In this document: positions 16,251 through 29,300 of the stretch, piece after piece
How the letters are laid out: each line of letters opens with the position of its first letter
Position numbering within the stretch: the first letter of the stretch is position 1
NCBI RefSeq assembly: GCF_009914755.1
Contig: NC_060941.1
Strand: one strand, 5' to 3'
DNA from: the human T2T-CHM13v2.0 reference genome, Homo sapiens
Length of the DNA stretch: 64,000 nt
The notes under the pieces: model-generated
Database searches by the model: none
What the model was told of the DNA's origin: nothing
The model's input: the letters and a program-made list of their open reading frames with translations, nothing else
Made by a program: the position numbers and the translations under genes

Positions 16251-18049
16251 GTGTGTGTGTGCATGTGTGTGTGTGTGTAGATATAGATATATGTAATTGA
16301 GTCAGCTGCCTTCAACCCCAGTTCATTTTTTTCAAGGTGTTCCTAGCTCCAGTGGAAGAGAGCAACTTAGTCTTTTTGTATATACTAATTTGTTCTGGGG
16401 ACCCTCACAGCCCTGTTGCTTTGTGATAGCTTTATGCCTAGCAATAGAAAGGCTTTCTTTGCACCCTCTGGAACCTTTGTACATGCTTTGCGCTTCTTTT
16501 CTTTGAATATTTGGCAAAAGGATCATTCCGATGACTGCTTTGTAGTCAGTGTGATGTTTGAAAGGTTTATGTGCTGTAGATCAAGGAAACCCTGATAGTG
16601 AGGCTGTGACAGAGTGTACTTAATTTGCATTCAACTTTCTTTTCTTTCCATTCCTTTGTGAGAAAGGGTCTAAAATGGATCTGTGATATCAAAGCCTGTG
16701 GGTGGGCCATTGGGTGCAATTGCAGCATATCCAGTGGACTGTGCCCAGAGGAAATGTTTCCTAGGAACTAGCACAGTATTCCCTGTTCGATGCTCTAATT
16801 ATATGCTAAATTGTGTGCCTCTGAGCAATGGGAACCCTTGGAAGGTCAAGTACCCTCTCCGGGGCAGCAGCACCTCTGCCTGGAGGCCCAGAGGCAGAAT
16901 CTGAGGGCAGAGGCGGCAGCAGGAGCGGGGTTGAGGCCGAGGCTGCTTACCTAATCCCATCATGAGATTAGGAAGAAAATGCCCTAGGAATCTCTCAAAC
17001 CCGCTATTCATTATGACCCTCCCTCCCTCCCACACCTGCAGTGGCTCCCTGCTGCCTGCAGAGATTAGTTATTCAGGGCCTCACCAGGAGTGGACTTGGA
17101 AACCCTGGGGTCCTGCTGAGCCAGGCCATTTAAACCACATACATTGAAACTTCCTGCTTTTCATCCTCTGCTCCTGGCTCCTCTCCACGACCCCACTTGT
17201 CCCAAGCCTCTCTCCATGGGCCACAGAGACTGGTTTACTCCCTCCCAACTATGAGTTCTCTTAGAATATTTTTGTGTAAACAAGGTCTCAGTAACTAAAT
17301 CCTATTTCCATCTCCCTGCATCAGTGTTCTCTGGCTGGGTGGGCGGCGCTCCTTTGGCTCAGTCCTGCTGATGTCCTTAAAGGCCTCAGCCCATGGAGTC
17401 AAAGCCTGGGGCCAGTGGCTGCAGGATTCTAAACACTGTGGGCACTCAGTTGTGGGGCTGGCTGTGGGACTGTGTGAGGGCAAGAAGCATCCAGGGGTGG
17501 ATGTGGCCAGGGATGGGAGGAGTCATCTGAGAGGTGAGCAGGACAGCCACCAGTTCCCCGGGAGAGGGGATTCTTAGGAATTCAGAAATTCAGCCCCCAT
17601 GACTGTGGTGAGTGAGGAGGAAGAATGTGGAATTGAGAGATGGAAGATGAGGAAGGAATTGGCCCCAGCACTGGAAAGCCATCCCTCCTCTTGTCCTGAA
17701 AGCCCACTTCTCCCACCTGGACGTGCACCCCATCTCCCCAGGAGGCCCCGGAGCATGGCTGCACTCTGGCCTGCAACCTGCCCCATGGAGCATGTCCCTC
17801 TTGTCCTTGCCATAGTCTCTCTGCTGTTGGGCAGTGGCTTGTGATGTTTCTCATGCAATAGATGACCATTCCATTAGGATGAGTACAGTGTCTGTAAATT
17901 CCTGCCTGGGTTCCCCTTCCTGTCATACATGCAGGAAGGGAAGTCACTCCAGGGACCCCGAAAGATTCTCTAATTCCAAGAGGGTGCCCAGGAGCCTGGG
18001 AACTTCTAGGCAGGGAGGGGAGACCAGGAGGCTGATCATGGCCCAATCA

Positions 18050-18600
18050 AGTTATTGAAGAGTTTTGAGGGTTCTTTATGTGTTCTGGATGTGAGTCCTG
18101 GATCAGACTCCCAGTCTGTGTTTAGTCATTTCTTCCTCTTAAGAGGGTCTTTCATAGAGCATGAGTTATTTTGATGACTTCCAATTTATCCACTTCTCTT
18201 TACAGATCGTGTTTTTGCGGTCAAGCCTTCAAAGATCTTTACCTAGCCCTAGATACCTAACTTTTCTCTTAGAATCCTTTTCCCTAAAATTTTCCAGTTT
18301 TGTGTTTCACATTGAAGTGTGTGATCCACCTCGAGTGAATATTTGTACACGGTGAGGCTTCAGAGTCTAGGTCAAGAGCTCTCTCTCTGCCTGCCTGCTT
18401 GCTGTGCCTGTGATGTGCAATTTCCCTACTTCCATGTGACAGAGAGGCCACCTTTCCTCCCATGAATTGCTTGAGCACATTTGTCAAAAATCACTTGGAC
18501 ACTTTAATTTGGGTCTCCATTCTGTCCTGTTGATCGAAGTGTCTGTCCCTCTGCCTATGAGCACAGTCTTTATTCACTGCATTAAAAGTGTTGAAATAGG
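18050..18600 (-). mobile_element. Ancient LINE-1 (L1M-type) fragment
   Basis: gagttttgagggttctttatgtgttctggat, gatctttacctagccctagat, gatccacctcgagtgaatatttgta, ttgtcaaaaatca; resumes after the Alu at ~18920. Confidence 0.65.
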
Positions 18601-18611
18601 GGCAACTTTAT

Positions 18612-18920
18612 TCTTGTTTTCTTTCTTTCTTTCTTTTTTTTTTTTTTTTTTTTGAGTCAGAGTCACGCTCTGTTGCCCAGGCTGGAGCACATAATCTTGG
18701 CTCGCTGCAATCTCTGTCTCCTGGGGTCAAGTGATTCAGCCTCCCGGGTAGCTGGGATTACAGGTGTGTGCCACCAGACCCAGCTAATTTTTGTGTTTTT
18801 AGTAGAGACAGGGCTTCGCCATGTTGGCCAGGCCAGTCTCCAATTGCTGGCCTCAAGTGATCTGTCCACCTCACCCTTCCAAAGTGCTGGGATTACAGGC
18901 ATGAGCCACCACCCCTGGCC
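18612..18920 (-). mobile_element. Alu SINE (AluS-like)
   Basis: Poly-T, then gagtcagagtcacgctctgttgcccaggctggag...tttttagtagagacagggcttcgccatgttggccagg...ccaaagtgctgggattacaggcatgagccacc. Confidence 0.95.
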
Positions 18921-19674
18921 TTGTTTTTCAAAATTGCATTAGCTTTGCCAGTTCCTTTGCCTGTCCATATGAGCTTTTTTTTTTAAGGTAAGTATGCCTA
19001 CTTTCAGGCGGGGCTGTCTTGTGGTGAGGTGAATGTGGTCGGCTGTGAGTTAATTTCCATGTCTCTAGCATGGCATCAGCTCCTTCCAGTGGCTGGAGAG
19101 CAAGCGAGTGCTACTTGAAGACCTGTGGGGCTCCCTGTGCTCTTTGTCCTGCCTGGTAACAGCTTCTCCTTCCACTGCCAGGTGTGCCAGGGCTCTGTCC
19201 TTCCTGCCTGCCCCTCAGCCTCCCTCCCCACTGTCAAGACACAGGCTGGGCCAGGAGTGCTGGGTTCCCATACAGGGAGGGGCAGGGGAAGCTCGGGGTC
19301 AGCTGAGGCTAAGCTAAGAGTCTGGGAGCAGTGCTGGTGTCCCCAGCTTCCAACTGGGGTGGATGGGATCTCTGGGGACATGTGAAAGCAATTCTCCTCT
19401 CAAATATTCAGTCATGGCCATTGTTCCTCATCCTTCTGAACTTAGAGCCTCAAGACTCCCAAATCTTAATTCCATGTTCAGGATATGTAAAGTTCTGGTC
19501 TCTTTTTGCCCTGGAGACTGAACAATAGAACTGTGACTGTCTGGTTCCCGTGCAGCCCCGGCACCCTGGTGGCTATGCAGTTCAGTAGAACGAGGGCACG
19601 GAAGGACTGACAAGACCAGGTCCTGACGCTTGTTCTTTGATGAGTCTTCTCACTTTCTAAGTCCCTGAGTGCTT

Positions 19675-19740
19675 GGGTTTGTTTTTTGTTTTTTTGTTTG
19701 TTTGTTTGTTTGTTTGTTTTTTGTTTTTTGTATTGGTTTT
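19675..19740. repeat. (GTTT)n / T-rich microsatellite
   Basis: gtttgtttgtttgtttgttt run seen directly. Confidence 0.85.
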
Positions 19741-21824
19741 CTAAAGGCAGTATTCACAGAAACAAGTGAAGAAACCTGGGATGACCATGGGTGTCCCACA
19801 TGGCTTCAAACCCCCTGCCAGGTGCTGGTCAGTTTCCAGAAGTCAAAGCCGGCTCTCTGAAAGAACTGAAGCCAAACTTTTCCCTCAGCCCCAGTTCCTG
19901 GGATATTCTAAACTTCCCCCAAACTCAGCACAGAGAGGAAAAAACACTGTCCTTCCTTGGTAAATAAATGTATCCATTCAGGAAGATTCAGCGTGGCTGG
20001 TAGTGAGAAGTAAGGCCATCATGTTGCTGGGATTGAGGATGGAGGAGGACTTTCTGGGTGACTCAAGGAAACTGCCAGGTGTGAGCATGGCCCATGGCCC
20101 TGCTGCTCTGTTCCGGGCTGTCAGGATCTGGCTGGGAAAACATTCCCTAGAAGCCTGAGAGTGGGTGACTGCAAGGTTGCTTGGTTTCTCGGATGCTGCC
20201 TGTGACCTTCTTATTGTGTGGAGCTCTCTGACACTCAGGCGCACAGAGCTGCAGCCCTCTGCCCTCTGCTGTGCTCGGGGAGGTGGGTGCTCTGTAATCA
20301 CAGGGTGGCTCTGCCTGGGCCTTGAGCTCCCCCTTGGGTGGGCTTCTTTTCCTTGTGTTGGCTCCAGGCATGAGCCTGCCGTCCTCTGGAGGCTCCAGGC
20401 AATGGCTCACTTGTCTCTGGGTGTCCATATGCTCTTTACCCAAGAGATGGCTCTGCTGCTTAGTGGATCTGGGCTCTGTCCAAGGCTTCATGCCATGGCT
20501 AGGTTTACCCTTCCCTCTCTTCAGAAGAAGAAATCACTGACACTAAGTTCCTCTTATTGGACCCCATGGCAGGAACTGGGGTGCAGGACCTGCTCATCTT
20601 CCTGGGCTAGGGGTCTTGAGTCCCGTACACCTATTTCTCCCTCCACTGCTAAGGGTCTCTGGCTGCTCTTGAGTCGATGACAGATTCTTGTCCTGTTTTG
20701 CTGCCCTCTGTAGCCTGTAAGCAGAACCAGAAGGGACACTCTCACAGCCTGTTCGCCACAGAATCCAGGAGGCAGGTCCATTTTGGTGAGTTTGAGATCC
20801 TGAGAGGGAGTGATTAAGAATCATGTGATCAATAATCTTACATGGGTTTCATTGAGATCTGTCTCATTTCCGTGTTATTCATTTTTAAAATTGATTGATC
20901 CTGTGTATAGTGTAGGTGCAAAACTAAATAAAAAATAAATACACACATACATATATATACATTGATTTTAAAAATATGGTCTTCTGATCCTTCTCCACCA
21001 ATCTCAAATAAAGAATTCTTTTCTACATGGATTTCTAAATTGTGGGGCATGGAATCTCAGCTGTTCAGGCACATGCAGGCTGCATTCTGCAGGGTCCAGC
21101 CCCTGAGACAGCTCCTGTGGGTCCCACCAGCCTGCCAGAGGCCAGCAGCACTATCCAGCCCAGCCCATCAAAATGGAATGGCATGGCCCAGAGACTCCTG
21201 CATTGGGCAGGTGGCAGGGGGCAGGGAAGCTGGTCCACAGCCTGCACTGCAGTGTGGGGCTTAGCCCTGGAAGCCTGCCCCATGCCTAGCAGGGGGTCCC
21301 TGCTCAACCTATTCTAGACTACTGCCCTGCTCAGCCTCTGTCCTGCTCAACCTATTCTAGACTACTGATGTTTAAATCTCCCAAGAGTCCCCATCCCTAT
21401 GTCTTTCCATCCCAATAATAAATTTAGAAAAATGGGAGTTGGGAAGGGAAGATGAAAGCCTACTTCTTCAGTGGGCAGCCCTTGGGTTTCATTACCTGAT
21501 TTGGGTACTTGTTTTTTCCAAACTGGCAAATGTGGACACCACCGAATGCAGTCAGATGGCAGAAAGATGATTCCAACTCCATACAAATGAAAAAAATGGA
21601 ACCAAAGTTCCAGGGCTCACTAAAATGCAGAAGAAACCAAACAAAATTCTTCATCATCTGAAGCTCACAGCCACCTCAAGCACCTGAGCAGAGAATGTGC
21701 TCTCCTGACTAGAGTTTAGGCCCACATCACAAAGCATCCTGAGCTCTGGGAGGGGACGAAGGAGGCAGGTGAACCCTCCCTACTATCCAGCCCAGCGGAT
21801 CGCCCAGCCCACTGGGCCACCAGA

Positions 21825-22372
21825 TTCTCACATCATTTGTCACTGGGGAAATGAAACTCAAAACCATAATGAGATAGCACTTCATACCTACTAGGATGCC
21901 TGTAATGTTTTTAATGGAAAATAACAAGTGTTGGCAAGGATGTGGAGAAATTGGAACTCTTGTATATTGCTGGTGGGAATGGAAAATGGTGCAGCCGCTG
22001 TGGCAAATGGCATGGAGTTTCCTCAAAAAGTTAAACATAGAATTACCATATGGCCCTGCATTTCCACGCCTAGGTATAATCCCGAAGGCATTGAAAATAG
22101 GGACTCAAACAGATACTTGCATGCCAGTGTTAATAGCAGTATTATTCATAACAGCCAAAAGGAGTAAACAACCCAAGTGTCCAGCAACAGATGAAGGAGT
22201 GCAGAGTGCATCAAATGTGGTGTATACATACAATGGATTGTTATTCAGCCATAAAAAGAATGAAGTCCTGATACACATGACCACATGGATGAATGCTGAA
22301 AAAATGATGCTAAGTGAAACAAGCCAGTCACAAAAGGCCACATGTGTGATTCCATTTATACAAAACAGCAAA
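21825..22372 (+). mobile_element. LINE-1 (L1M-type) 3' fragment
   Basis: aaaaccataatgagatagcacttcatacctactaggatg...aacaagtgttggcaaggatgtggagaaattggaactc...gccataaaaagaatgaagt; ORF 21896-22429 resembles the L1 ORF2 C-terminus (CWQGCGEIGTLVYCWWEWKMVQPLW). Confidence 0.9.
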
Positions 22373-22797
22373 TGCCTTAGTCTGTTACGTGTTGCTATAA
22401 AGGAATCCCTGTGGCTAGGTAATTTATAAAGAAAAGAGATTTGCTTGGCTCACAGTTCTGCAGCCTGTATAGGAAGCATGGCACCAACATCTGCTTCTGG
22501 TGAGGCCTCAAGGAGCTTCCACTCGTGGCAGAAGGGAAAGGGGAGCCAGTGTGCACAGAGGTCACAGGGCAAGACCGGAGGCAAGAGAGAGAGGGAGGAG
22601 GTGCCAGGCTCTTTTTAACAACCAGCTCTCCCAGGAACTAGTAGAACAAGAGCTCACTCACCCTGAGGGAAAGCATTAATCTATTCATGAGGAATCCACC
22701 CCCATAACCCATATACCTCCCATTAGGCCCCATCGCCAACACTGGGGATAAATTTCGACGTGAGATTTTTAAGGGGTCAAACATGCAAACTACAGCA
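22373..22797 (-). mobile_element. MaLR solo LTR (MST-like)
   Basis: tgccttagtctgttacgtgttgctataaaggaat...ggctcacagttctgcag...aggaagcatggcaccaacatctgcttctggtgaggcctca...ctcccattaggcccc...caaactacagca. Confidence 0.9.
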
Positions 22798-23554
22798 TTC
22801 TCCCCTATTGAATGCTACCAAACATTTAAAGAAGGATTAAAGCCTATCCATTCCCCACCAGGTGGCTGTCTCCACAACATGGCTTTTTCCCCTTGAAGAC
22901 CATCAGGAGAAGAGCCTGTATCTCTGCATCTGTGGAAATCGTCTTTGCCATGTAATGTGCCATAACCACGGGAGTGAGATCGCATCACATCCCAGGGCCA
23001 CCGCTAAGGAGGAGGGTGAGGATCTTGACCCTCATCTTAGAATTCTGCCCTGCCTGGCTTCCACTTGTCCTCTTCTAAATCCATCTTAACTCATTCCTTT
23101 GGTGCCTGTTTTTACTGCCTAAATTTTGGCAATAAAGGGAGGAATAAAAACACGTCATTTTTATTCTTTTTTTGAATTCTCATTACATGTACACACAAGA
23201 AATGTGTCACATGAAGGAAATGTATTTAGAATACCAGTTTTCCTATTTGATTCATAATATTTTTCCAGGGTAAAATTGCCAAAAGAATTTGGAAGCCCAG
23301 AGCAGGACATGATATAAATTAATGCCAGTGATCTGTAAATTATACTTTATTTCATAAAATGGTAAATTTTCCCTTTAGTCTGGTCAATTTTATGCAATTT
23401 GGCATCACGTTTTATAAATGTGTTACCCTTTTGAACATTTACTGAACTGAATGCACAAAGAGAAGTATAAAAGAAAATCTGGAAGCACTTGTTGGTTTTA
23501 TTTTAAGGTTGGAAAAGAATATAAAATGGAAGGCATGTATTAATTTTGGCATGG

Positions 23555-24017
23555 ATATATTCATTTCCTGTGGTTGCTGTAACAAATTACCACAAACTTA
23601 GTGGCTGAAGACAACAAATATTTATTCTGTTACAGTTCAGAGGCCAGGAGTCCTAAACCTGCCTCACTGGGCTGGAATCAATGTGTCAGCAGGGCTGCGC
23701 TCCCTCCACAGGATCCGGGAGACCCCAATCCTCACCTTCTCCAGTTTCTAGTGGCTGCTGGCCACCTCCACCCTCTGCCTCCATGGTCACATGGCCACCT
23801 CCTCTTCTGTCTGTAGTAAAATCTCCTCTGCCTCCCTCTGATAAAGACACATGTGATTGCATTTAGGACCACTTGGGTCATCTATCATAATCCCCCACTT
23901 CTCAAGACCTTAATTTAAATCACATCTGCAAAGAGCCTTTCTCTGTGTCAGGGAACTGTCCTAGGTTCCAGGGATGAGGGCCTGGATAATTCAGGGGCCG
24001 TGATTCCACCCACTGCA
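23555..24017 (-). mobile_element. MaLR LTR (MLT1-like)
   Basis: ctgtggttgctgtaacaaattaccacaaacttagtggctgaagacaac...cagttcagaggccaggagtcc...cacatctgcaaaga...aggttccaggga. Confidence 0.85.
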
Positions 24018-24509
24018 ATGTGTCTTCTCTGACCCTGCTTGAGTGTGCTGGCAAGGACTGCTGCCTTGTCATCCATTCGTATTAGTGTCTGCAGCATTTG
24101 GCAATATGGTGTTTCTATTGAGAGAAAGTCATAATCAAGTAAAGTTCCTTTTTTTTTCCCTTTGCCTCAGAGAGAAAAATCTCCATTCCACTATTCTCCC
24201 AGATCAGCTGCTTTTGGAAGGCAGGGAACAAGGCAGCATCAGTGAATTCCACAAGCACTGACCCGTTGCCACATTCCTTTGATATAAAGTAGCTTCCTGA
24301 GTCAGAGCAATTCTGAGTGGGACACCATGATGGTGAAAAGGTCTGTGGTTAACAGATCATACTTCCATGGAAGGATTGCGGGCAGAGAAGATAAGCCCAT
24401 ATTCAGAGTAAGTGCCTCTTCCAGGGAGAACATCTTGCTGCCCTCTTCATCCTCGAAGTGATCAAATGCAATCAGTCTGCCATGGGGATCCTGGGAAACG
24501 GTGTCACCT

Positions 24510-24755
24510 CAGGCTTTTCCTTGGCTTGTAGATGGCCATCTTCTCCCTGTGTCCTCACATGGTTGACCCTCTGTGCACACCTTCATCCTAATCTCTTCTT
24601 ATAAGGACATCAGTCCGATTGAATTAGGGCTACCCTCATCACCTCACTCCAATTTAATTACCTCTTTAAAGATCCCATCTTCAAATGCAGTCACATTCTG
24701 AGGCACCAGGGTTAGGGCTTCAACATATGAATTGCGGGGACACAGCCCATAGCAT
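24510..24755 (-). mobile_element. MaLR LTR fragment (MLT1A/B-like)
   Basis: ttccttggcttgtagatggccatcttctccctgtgtcctcacatgg...cttcttataaggacatcagt...ggttagggcttcaacatatgaatt. Confidence 0.85.
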
Positions 24756-25348
24756 GAGGCAAACAGCTCCCTTGCATTTGATGGGCGAGCACAGGAGGAG
24801 CCAGGGGTGGAAAAGTCGTTTGATAGGTGAGGGATGATTCGGATGAAACAGACAGAAAATGCAATTTAGAAAGTGGAGTTTGGGTACAGCCTCATCACGG
24901 GAGCTGCTCTGCATTCTCGGGTCATGCAGGCTGGCATCTAATGCCAACTTTCCCCTGTGCATCAGCGCCTGTAGCCTCCATGTCCTCCTCACCTATGGTG
25001 GCCTCCACAGACCCCACTCAGCCCCTTCCATCAGCACCACCTGCTCCCCATCTATCACTTCTTCCTGGGAGAGCCCCACTCTTGGTCTTTTCTAAGCCTG
25101 CTTCATAGTAAGTGGCTGAAACCTGTGGGATAAGCTCCCATGAGGTTGTAGATTCTGCTGCCATAAATGTATGGTCTGACCATTGGTCAACTCTAACATT
25201 ATGTGGGAACTGTCCATCCATCCGTGTGTCCATCCACCCATCTGTCTGTCCATTCATCCATTACAGACAAATTCGAAAAGTGCCTTCCTTATGAGCTAGA
25301 ATGTCTGTGCACAAAACAGACAAAGTTGGCTGCTTCTTGGAGCTTACA

Positions 25349-25520
25349 TCAGAAATCTCCAAACTTTTTCTATAAATGGTGAGATATTAAATATTTTAGG
25401 CTTTGTAGGCCATATGGTCTCTGTCACAACTACTCAATTCTGCCATGGTTTTGTAAAAGCGGCCATCAATAATTCATGAACAATTCATGAAATGAGTGTG
25501 GTTCTGTGCCAAAGGACATT
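25349..25520. mobile_element. MER58-like hAT DNA transposon fragment
   Basis: aaactttttctataaa...aaatattttaggctttgtaggccatatggtctctgtcacaactactcaattctgccat. Confidence 0.75.
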
Positions 25521-25830
25521 GGGATTTCATTCCACGCTCATGCATCATGAATACTATGCTTCATTAATAGAGCACAAAGGAAGCCTTCCTTTGACCCTAA
25601 AGAACCATGTTATCTGCACATTACAATTGCTTTGATTCCTACTGTTTTTGTCTTCATGCTGCCATCGTGGGTACGTAGCACACTGTCAAATAAGGCTTTA
25701 TTGCCTCTTAGTTCACGTAACAAAAATACTTCTGTTTTGTAAGTTCCCTCGTTTAAAGAGAAACATGCTTCATCTGATTTAGATATATCAGTCTATTCCA
25801 ACTTAATTTGGAGTCTTAAAAATTAAGGAT

Positions 25831-25955
25831 GGCCAGGCATGGTGGCTCACGCCTATAATCCCAGCACTTTGGGAGACCTAGGAGGGAGAATTGCTTGAGT
25901 CCAGGAGTTCAAGACCTGCCTGGGCAAAACAGTGAGACCCTGTCTCTAAAAAAAA
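25831..25955 (+). mobile_element. Alu monomer (FLAM-like)
   Basis: ggccaggcatggtggctcacgcctataatcccagcactttgggag...aggagttcaagacc...gagaccctgtctctaaaaaaaa; single arm of ~125 bp. Confidence 0.9.
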
Positions 25956-28714
25956 TTAAAGATGCATTGTTTGAACATATACCTTACTATTTTAGAGGTG
26001 AAAGTTTTATTTTTTTATCTTAGATACTGATGAATAGATGTTTAATTGTTGCCAGAATTCAATGAACAGCCCATGTTACTGGTGGTGGTGTCAGTTGTTG
26101 CAACTAGTTTAGACACTATTTAATCACTTATCTTCCAAATGTCATTCTCTTTGCTTAGCAAATGTATTTCTGTGAATGTACAATGAGTAAATAATGAAAC
26201 ATAAAGGAAAAAAGACAAGCTTAAAATTGGAATCTCGTTAAAATTTTCATTCTGTATTGTTATTTACTACCTAACCTGACCCCACTGGGACTTTCGATAA
26301 ACATGATTTTAAGTGAATTTTGGTGATTTTTCCACCCTAATCTGAATAACTTCACTGTGTCCTCTGATATCTCGTTGCTGGAAAAGATATTTGGCCAACT
26401 GAGTGCTGGTAAAAACAAGACTTCACTGTATTCATCAAGGATGTGTGGGCCTGCTACAGATCCTGGAGTCATGTCAATTTAGCAAACGCACAAGAGCCAG
26501 ACACCAGTGCCTGGAGTTGAGTCCCTTACAGTGTTCCCCAGATGAAGCAATACATCCTGATGACTAGTGTTTTCCTGGCCTCCACAGGTTCCAGTTGAAA
26601 TCCCTTGCCTAGACACATTCCAGGAAAATGGCTCCAGGGTACTATTATCATGAAAGTTTCCCCTTAAACCCAAAACAAGCAACAACAAAATAAATAAAAA
26701 CATGGAAAGGTTGATGTATGTGCTTAGTCAAACAGTCAAAGAGCAGGAAGTATTCTATTCCCATATTAGTTTTGAGATTCACATTGTTTGGCCCTTTATG
26801 TCACTTGAACATCATAAAAATGGCAGTATTGAGCCCAGAATCTACGACTTACAATTAATAGTGGGATTCACTAATGGCTCCTTTTGGGGGCATGACTTCC
26901 TTCTGCCATTTTCTGAGCAGAGTGCCTTCATTGCAAGCCCTCGCAGAAAATCCCTTTTCAAAGGCAGACGATGCAACATGTGCCACATCCCAGCATAGGT
27001 CAGCTGACTTAAGACTCGAAATGCTTTCATGGATGCTGTCCATGTCAGCACCAGGATTTTCACTGCTGAAAGCAGTTCAGGCAAACACACACACACTGAG
27101 GCCACACAGGGAAAAACACATAGTGGAACACACATACACACACACACATACACACACGACACAGGATGGCTTCGGGGCCAGTTAACCCAAACTCTCCCGG
27201 GACTCACTTGTGGCTCCAAGTTTTCTGTTACCCCGGGAAACAATAAAAGTGGCTCTAGCTTCCCTTTTTCCAGTCACCCGCCCCATGTTCTCCAATGCAG
27301 ACCCTGTTCCTCCCTTAGCATGAATGTTCTGGAAACAGATGTGACTCCACGCCCCAGCTCGCCTGCATGTCCCTGCACCTTCATTTCCCAGGCATGGCCA
27401 TGGGAAAAAGTGCGGGCCACAGCTGGTTCAGAGCAAGGGGGATGGGACGCTGATGGGAGCTGCCCAGGCCTGGGACTGGGCTCTGATTTTTGTCCTTTTT
27501 AAATGTACAGTCCTGCTTCTTGTCCATAGCTCTTTGCTGGTCAATCTCCCCAACGCCCATTAGCAGAAAGGCAGGGGCTTTTGATTTGGGTCATTTCAGC
27601 CAAGGGCCAGCCAGTGTCTTCCAGGGGCTGGCGAGGGCGTGGGGTGCAGAATCACTACGGATGCGCCTGCTATGTAACTCAGGGTAAAGTGTAACTTGGA
27701 AATGAAAATATTCTGTAAGTCAGGAGTTATTTCCGGTCAGTAAAAAAATTCAGTAAATAGTTTTGCACATTTGAATGAAAATACAGTCAATATGAGCCAT
27801 CCTTCATAATCCATGTGGATGGTCTTCCTCAGGCAAGCTCAAAGTTTCCTGTTTTCTCTGTCCTCCTCCTCCCCGTTCCCCAGCACACACCCTACTCCAG
27901 ATGATATGCACTGACAGGCCTTTTGAAACCCTTTACTGCCTTTACACGGCCCACACCACCTGGACAGCACCCTTTTCCCAACTCAGAAAATGGCCCGGGG
28001 TGCACAGCAGCCCAGCCTGCCTGCCTTAGTCCCTGCCAGGATGGATTTCTGCAGCCACTTGTGCAGCAGTGGCCGGCCCAGCAGCAGGGAAGTGTGGAGC
28101 AGGGCACTGAGCGAGAGGAGTCGTCTCTGACTCCAAAGAGGACGTAAGTCAATGCCAACACCATAGATCCAAGATCTAGAAGAATGCCCCAGAAAATCAG
28201 GGCAGGCTGTTCATGCACTCATAAGCCAAGACATCTGTCTGCATTTCTGTCTGTGTCCACCTGAGAGCTACCCTTAGCTCCATCCATCTACTTACACAAC
28301 TTTCTATCTTTACAGCATCTTTCTGTCTACCTGTTGCTCGGTTAGTGGATATTTGTCTCTGTCTCCACTTTCTGCCTGTCTGTTAGTCCACGTCTGTCTC
28401 TCTGCCTGTCTTTCTGCTCATCCAACCATCTCTTTTTATCTGTGTGTCAATCTTCCTGCCAATTTGCCTCTGTCATTCCCAATGCCTTCCACCCCTGTGC
28501 CCTCTCCCAACCTCACCTTGCCACATCCTCAGTGTCTAGGTGTCTGGTGTCTTTAATCTCTCAGTCACTTGACTCCTTCCACAGCTGGTGGCTCCCCAGT
28601 CTCAAACTACAGACCCGACCTCTCCTCCAATGTGTCTGAAATCCAGACAGGCTGGTGGCTCAACATACAAGGTTTTTGTGGCAACTTCTTTTTCTTTCCC
28701 CACTTAAAAAAAAA

Positions 28715-29300
28715 TTAAGGTGTAATGTACCTATACTCATCCTTTGCTGTGCACCCTCCTGTGAGTTTTGACAAAGTGCACATATCCGTGTAGCCATGAT
28801 CAAGACACAAAGCCCCAAAACTGCCTCCTGTCCCTCGTGGTAACCATGCCTCCACCCTCAGCTCCTGGCAGCTACGGATGTGTTCTCCATCCCCTACCCT
28901 GTTCACAGCTTCCATGGACACATGTGGGACCCACAGCAGGAAGTGGCGGGGCCTGGCTCCTTCCGCTCTGCCGCTTCCTTTGGGACACATTTGTGGTGCC
29001 AGGTGTCAATATCCTCCCTTCTCCCTGCTCGGGACGCTTCCATCTCGGAGTGGGCCATGGCTTGCTTGTCCCCTCACCAGGTGAGGCACGTGTGGGCCAC
29101 TTCCTTGTTTGGGGGATTACTAGTAACACTGCTATAAACATCCACTTACAAGTTTTTGTGTGAACATGAGTCTCATTTCTCTTGAGTAGTACCTAGTTGA
29201 CAAAAGGTGGGATCATCTGACAAGTGTACGTTTAACTTTATCAAGAAACTGCAAACTAACCTCCAAAGTGGCTGTGCCTTTGTTTGCATTTTAAAGCATC
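28715..29300 (-). mobile_element. Ancient L1 (L1M-type) 3' fragments
   Basis: gagttttgacaaagtgcacatatccgtgta and aacactgctataaacatccacttacaagtttttgtgtgaacat...aactgcaaactaacctccaaagtggctgtgcc. Confidence 0.65.

Noticed and set aside
12898-22797. Similar sequence at ~13.0 kb and ~22.6 kb (ggctctttttaacaaccag...gagctcact...cctgaggga) suggesting paired proviral LTRs or a local duplication
   Set aside because: Both are MST-type LTRs with different internal deletions and no MaLR internal sequence between them; independent solo LTRs.
26480-26546. ...cttacagtgttccccagatga resembling the PDLIM1 C-terminus (VTVFPK*)
   Set aside because: Only a short match, with no LIM Cys/His pattern upstream; likely chance.
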